Assembly: GCA_017525435.1 (NCBI GenBank)
Contig: JAFXSU010000344.1
Location: 1 to 47,603, forward strand
DNA: 47,603 bases
Reading direction: 5' to 3'
DNA from: Victivallales bacterium
GTDB lineage: Bacteria > Verrucomicrobiota > Lentisphaeria > Oligosphaerales > Oligosphaeraceae
Below the pieces are notes generated by a model that saw only the letters and a list, made by a program, of their open reading frames with translations, was not told where the DNA came from and searched no databases. The translations under genes were made by a program, and so were the position numbers. Below are positions 43,670 to 47,603 of this stretch, piece by piece (the first letter of the stretch is position 1; each line of letters starts with the position of its first letter).

Positions 43670-44950
43670 CTATTTGGGGAGTTGCTGGAAGGCCCAGTCG
43701 AGGAGTAGCTTGGCGGCTTCGTCACGGCGTTTGCCCTTGTCGCCGTTGGTGGGCACGCCCATGACCACAAGGAGGAGAGTGTGCTTGTCTCTGGTGCAGG
43801 AGAGCGCGATGCATTGCCCGGCACCGTCAGTGACGCCGGTCTTGAGGCCGGTGATGCCTGGCACGCGATCTCTGAGGAGGTGGTTGGTGGAGGCCAGGTC
43901 GGTTTGGTTGCCGCGGTGGTGCACGATGTGATCCTGCTTGGTGCCAGCCCACTTCATGTACTCAGGAGACTTCATCACGCATTCGCCTAGGAAGGCGATG
44001 GAGAGTGCGGAACCTTGATTTTCGCGACGGTTCGGGCCGTTGGGATTGACGGGAAGGCCATTCGGGGTGTGAAACGACATGTCGTTAAGCCCCAGTGCCT
44101 TGGCCTGGTCGTTCATGCGCTGGATGCCAGTCGCGAGGTCACCGTCGCCGAGGTATTTGCCAATGATGTAGGCGGCATCGTTGCAGGAGGCGATCACCAT
44201 GCACTTAAGGTATTCCTGGAGGGTGAAGACATCTCCGGCTTCCAGCAGTGCGCCCTTGCCCATGTTATGGCTTTTGATGTAGCTGAAATCCTCTTTTGCA
44301 ACTTTGACAGTGGTGGTCAGCGTGACTTCCGGCGAGGTCTCGATGCGTTTCAACAGCATCAACGCGGTGAGCATCTTGGTCAGCGAGGCGATGGGGTAGA
44401 TCTTGGAGGAGTTCTTCTCCCACAAGATGGTATGGGTGTCCAAATCAACGAGGACCCCTGAACGGATGATTTCCACTGCCTTGGCGACCTTTGGGGACAG
44501 CTCTTTCACGCCGAGTTTGTAGTGCCCAGAACGATAAGGTGCAAGACCTGCCAGGGCACCCTTGGTGCCATTTGCGGGCTTGGCCGGCTCTGAGGGCTTC
44601 TTGGTCTCAGCGGGCTTGGCGGTTTCCACGGGCTTCTTGGTTTCAGCGGGCTTGGCGGTTTCCACCGGCTTCTTGGTTTCGGCAGGAGGCGTGGGCGGAT
44701 CTTCCGTCGGTTTGGCGGTTTCCACTGGCTTCTTGGTTTCAGTGGGCTTGGTGGGCTGTGGCGCATCTGATTTGGGCATAGTGTCTTCCAGTACAGGTTG
44801 CGTAGTTGGAACGGGCTGTACTTCTGGCGTGGGCTTCTTCTCTCCTGTGAAGAGCTTTCGGATTTGGGGAAAGAAGAGCGCACCCAAAATCATCGCATGG
44901 ACAGCGATGATGATGATTTTCAAAAGGATTTTTTTCCAGGAAAACAGCAT
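43670..44950 (-). CDS. D-alanyl-D-alanine carboxypeptidase (peptidase S11, PBP5/6-like) with N-terminal anchor and repeat linker
   Basis: 426 aa with SxxK (ASLTK), SxN (SCND) and KTG (KTGVT) motifs. An N-terminal TM helix is followed by a K/P/T/E-rich linker with 12-aa repeats. Confidence 0.88.
   Translation of the reverse strand: MLFSWKKILLKIIIIAVHAMILGALFFPQIRKLFTGEKKPTPEVQPVPTTQPVLEDTMPKSDAPQPTKPTETKKPVETAKPTEDPPTPPAETKKPVETAKPAETKKPVETAKPAETKKPSEPAKPANGTKGALAGLAPYRSGHYKLGVKELSPKVAKAVEIIRSGVLVDLDTHTILWEKNSSKIYPIASLTKMLTALMLLKRIETSPEVTLTTTVKVAKEDFSYIKSHNMGKGALLEAGDVFTLQEYLKCMVIASCNDAAYIIGKYLGDGDLATGIQRMNDQAKALGLNDMSFHTPNGLPVNPNGPNRRENQGSALSIAFLGECVMKSPEYMKWAGTKQDHIVHHRGNQTDLASTNHLLRDRVPGITGLKTGVTDGAGQCIALSCTRDKHTLLLVVMGVPTNGDKGKRRDEAAKLLLDWAFQQLPK
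44594..44752. repeat. Intragenic 36-bp tandem repeats encoding the (PAETKKPVETAK)n linker
   Basis: Units at 44594-44629 and 44630-44665 are nearly identical. A partial copy follows at 44666 and a diverged copy at about 44709-44752. Confidence 0.85.
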
Positions 44951-44974
44951 TGCGTGATGATGCGTCTTCGGGGG

Positions 44975-46807
44975 TTATGCCTTGAATTCGCCGGTTTGGC
45001 TTCCCGCAGAACGTTTGCGTGATGTCGGCTTGGAAGTGGTGGGGGAGAAGGTGATGGACTCGGTCTCAGAGGCCGCGCGGCGTTTGCGGGGTGGCGCAGT
45101 GATGAACGAGGTGTTGAATTCGACTTTTCCCGCTGGTTTGGCGGGCTCAAGTATCTCGGTATTCGGCAGTGGCACCCGCTGACCATCCTTGCGCAAGGAT
45201 ATCAGGCGGTCGGAATACTTCTTCGGTGCTGGCGAAAGGACTTCCATCTTTGGCCGAATTTCCACGCGCTTCAGATTGGTCTCGGGCTTTTCATCAAATG
45301 AAATGCGGGGGGGAGTTTTCGATGCGTCTGTGGGACTCTTGCGAAGCGGGACCACACGATTGCCGTGTTTTGAAGGCAAAGCCGCTGGTGACGATTCCTC
45401 TTTTGAGGTGGCTGGCATCTCCGTTGAAGTTGAGGTGGGCACAGATTCGACTTGCCGGGGAGTTTTTTTGCGGCTCCGCCGTGTCGTCGGCTTGGGCTCT
45501 TCCGATGTCTGTGCTTCTGTGCCATTGGCCACTGGTTCCGCTTCGACGGGCTGCTCCTCTGCTAAAGAGGCATCCAAGTCGAAGAGTTCCTGCGGGTCGT
45601 TCCAGGAGTCATAGGAAGGCGAGATTTCGGGGAGGTCAGCTAGGATTTTCGCGGAATCCCAGCCGAAAGCCTGAACCAAAAGTGACAACAGTGCTCGACC
45701 ATAGCGATATTCCTTATATTTAAAGAGTTTCTCGCGTTTTTCTGGTGTCGTCCTAAGCATTCGCGGAATCAAATCGATGATTTCAAGGATACGATGCGCA
45801 AAGGCGTTGGGAAGGAGAAAGCCATCGAAGATGAGCTGCAGAGCCCGCTGGGCGGTCTGGTTGTAGGTCAGTGAGCCAGTCCAGAAGTCGGTGGGGGCAG
45901 CTGGATTCATCGCAGTCAGCAGGAAAGGCGTGGAGACTGTTGCCAGCGCCAAACCACGCGAGTTGGAATAGTTGCCACGTCGAATCGCTTCGCCACGGAG
46001 CTTGAGCAGATGGCGGGCGAGTTTGCCCTCCTGATCATCCCATGCGACATCTAGCAGATTCCAGAAATACTTCAGAAAGCCGTGGTTGTGCATTTCCTGA
46101 AGGGTCTGGTCGGCCGCTGGATGCTTGAGGATTTTCAGTAGTTCCTCGAAAAGGCGCGAAGGGGAGGCCAGCTGGATGTTCGACGCCTGCTCACGGATCG
46201 CGGCATTCAGTTCCGGATCCAACTTGAAGCCGAACTGACCGACCAGTTTGAGGGCACGCAGCATCCGCACGGGGTCTTCTTCCATGCGTTCGGTAGGTTT
46301 GCCGATGCACCGCACCCGACGGTCACGGATGTCCTGGTAACTGCCCCAGAAGTCGATAATGCCACGAGAGCCGACGACATCGAAATAGAGCGCATTGGCT
46401 GTGAAGTCACGCCGTGTCGCGTCATCCTCGAGGGTGCCGAAGCAATTGTCGTTCCAGATGATATGGTCATCGCTGTTGGCGTGCCTGCCTTGTCGTTCCT
46501 TTTCGCTGGGAATGCGCCGAAAGGTCGAGATTTCGTAGAGATCGCCATTGGCATACACATGTACCAGCCGAAAGCGACGACCGATGATATGGCAACGGCG
46601 TCGGCCAAAGACGCGACGAATCTCTTCGGGGGTGGCGGAAGTCACAATGTCGTAGTCTTTCGGGGAGGTCCCTAGTAGCAAGTCACGTATTGCACCACCG
46701 ACGATATACGCCTCGTGTCCCGCTTCGACCAAGTGCCGAACCAAGCCACACGGGGTGGGATCCAGATGTTTGCGCACTTGCTCGACAATGTTTGCTGGAA
46801 ATTTCAT
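44975..46807 (-). CDS. pcnB: Poly(A) polymerase I (PcnB-type nucleotidyltransferase) with long low-complexity basic C-terminal tail
   Basis: Motifs IVGGAIRDLLLG..PKDYDIVT, GRRFRLVHV and RRDFTANALY. The ATG at 46805-46807 (MKFPANIV...) is preferred; the track starts at TTG 46837. Confidence 0.85.
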   Translation of the reverse strand: MKFPANIVEQVRKHLDPTPCGLVRHLVEAGHEAYIVGGAIRDLLLGTSPKDYDIVTSATPEEIRRVFGRRRCHIIGRRFRLVHVYANGDLYEISTFRRIPSEKERQGRHANSDDHIIWNDNCFGTLEDDATRRDFTANALYFDVVGSRGIIDFWGSYQDIRDRRVRCIGKPTERMEEDPVRMLRALKLVGQFGFKLDPELNAAIREQASNIQLASPSRLFEELLKILKHPAADQTLQEMHNHGFLKYFWNLLDVAWDDQEGKLARHLLKLRGEAIRRGNYSNSRGLALATVSTPFLLTAMNPAAPTDFWTGSLTYNQTAQRALQLIFDGFLLPNAFAHRILEIIDLIPRMLRTTPEKREKLFKYKEYRYGRALLSLLVQAFGWDSAKILADLPEISPSYDSWNDPQELFDLDASLAEEQPVEAEPVANGTEAQTSEEPKPTTRRSRKKTPRQVESVPTSTSTEMPATSKEESSPAALPSKHGNRVVPLRKSPTDASKTPPRISFDEKPETNLKRVEIRPKMEVLSPAPKKYSDRLISLRKDGQRVPLPNTEILEPAKPAGKVEFNTSFITAPPRKRRAASETESITFSPTTSKPTSRKRSAGSQTGEFKA

Positions 46808-46891
46808 TATATTATAATGCAAATGCATATAAATCAATTGGTTATATGCATTTTTTTATGGAATTCGGCAAGATGGCTGAGTGTTGCGGTC

Positions 46892-47521
46892 TCAAAAGAG
46901 GGTTGGCTGAACCACGGGGGAAAAGGACCGTCGATGTTCTGGGCACGGTCCCAAGCGGTTCAGCGCAGCCAGATGCTCGGCGGTGCCGTAACCCTTGTGC
47001 TTGGCGAAGCCGTAGCCTGGATAACGCTGGTCCAATTCGACCATCCAGGCGTCACGGGTGGTTTTGGCTAAAATGCTGGCGGCGGCGATGGAAGCGGAGT
47101 TTGCGTCGCCTTTGACGATGAAATTGACAGGGATGGGGAACGGCTGGAACCCTTTGCCGTCCACTAATGCCCATTGTGCCTCGACCGCCAGTGCCACCTC
47201 GCGCATGGCGTCCTGCGTGGCTCGAAGAATGTTGAGACGGTCGATTTCAGCGGCACTTCGCTGGGCAATGGCGTATCGGACACGTGGGTCAGCCTTGAGC
47301 GCATTGGCAAGTTCTGTGCGCTGGTGCTCGGAGAGCTTTTTGGAGTCGTTGACCGGAAGGTCAAAGGTGTCTGGCGGGGCTGGCAAGATGACTGCGGCAA
47401 CCACGACAGGACCAGCGAGGGGCCCCCGCCCCACTTCGTCAATGCCGGCGATGGCAGTGATTTCCGGATGTAGTTCGCGGATTTGCGTCTCGAAACGGAA
47501 CGGTTGTGCGATTCCGGTCAT
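46892..47521 (-). CDS. rnhB: Ribonuclease HII
   Basis: 209 aa from the ATG at 47519-47521. Motifs: AGIDEVGRGPLAGPVV, NDSKKLS. Confidence 0.9.
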   Translation of the reverse strand: MTGIAQPFRFETQIRELHPEITAIAGIDEVGRGPLAGPVVVAAVILPAPPDTFDLPVNDSKKLSEHQRTELANALKADPRVRYAIAQRSAAEIDRLNILRATQDAMREVALAVEAQWALVDGKGFQPFPIPVNFIVKGDANSASIAAASILAKTTRDAWMVELDQRYPGYGFAKHKGYGTAEHLAALNRLGPCPEHRRSFSPVVQPTLF

Positions 47522-47603
47522 GCCCGATGTTGGAGAGCCGTTCTCACGGCAATTATGAAAAGACTCCGTATGAGTCTTGCCGCAAATATATTGCCTCAAT
47601 AGC

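Overview
GC-rich bacterial chromosomal segment. The gene content fits a PVC-superphylum organism (Lentisphaerota, Kiritimatiellota or Verrucomicrobiota-like): LPS-core genes, HX9DG pseudopilin-like paralogs and several very large secreted carbohydrate-active enzymes. This taxonomic call is inference from gene content only.

Layout:
- Left part (1-22.5 kb): housekeeping genes (ade, hrpB, waaA, tRNA-Arg, cstA, yebC, ispH, uppS, a Nudix gene, dsbD, tRNA-His), interleaved with a 1506-aa secreted glycosidase-like protein, a GH36-like alpha-galactosidase and a DegT-type aminotransferase.
- Accessory-looking stretch (22.5-35.2 kb), directly after tRNA-His: three tandem prepilin-type HX9DG genes, with an intact IS4/IS1634-like insertion sequence (perfect 20-bp inverted repeats, 6-bp target duplication) between the second and third. 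Next come a 1229-aa CBM9-like/DUF4091(GH123-like)/LamG secreted protein, a membrane-anchored protein made of two tandem SpoVK/CbbX-type AAA+ modules, and an MDR dehydrogenase. The stretch ends in a lower-GC orphan module: a promoter-like site, a 239-aa unknown ORF, an antisense 38-aa ORF with a strong SD, and three copies of a ~33-bp direct repeat.
- Right part: a minus-strand envelope-oriented gene string (rnhB, pcnB, PBP5-like carboxypeptidase, GT2, metallophosphoesterase, GT9 heptosyltransferase, MBL hydrolase, 1685-aa alpha-2-macroglobulin with a CLEQ thioester).

The most unusual DNA-level signal is a family of short (7-10 nt) TAG/CTAG-rich tandem repeats in intergenic spacers (11-264, 16597-16647, 18638-18693, 40991-41062), plus a 10-nt x3 repeat inside the 1506-aa gene.

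I see no canonical defence, CRISPR, RT or integrase genes. The candidates I rank highest for novelty are the tandem-AAA+ membrane protein coupled to the giant secreted enzyme, the IS-interrupted HX9DG trio and the orphan module. All functions are inferred from motifs read by eye; no database search was run.
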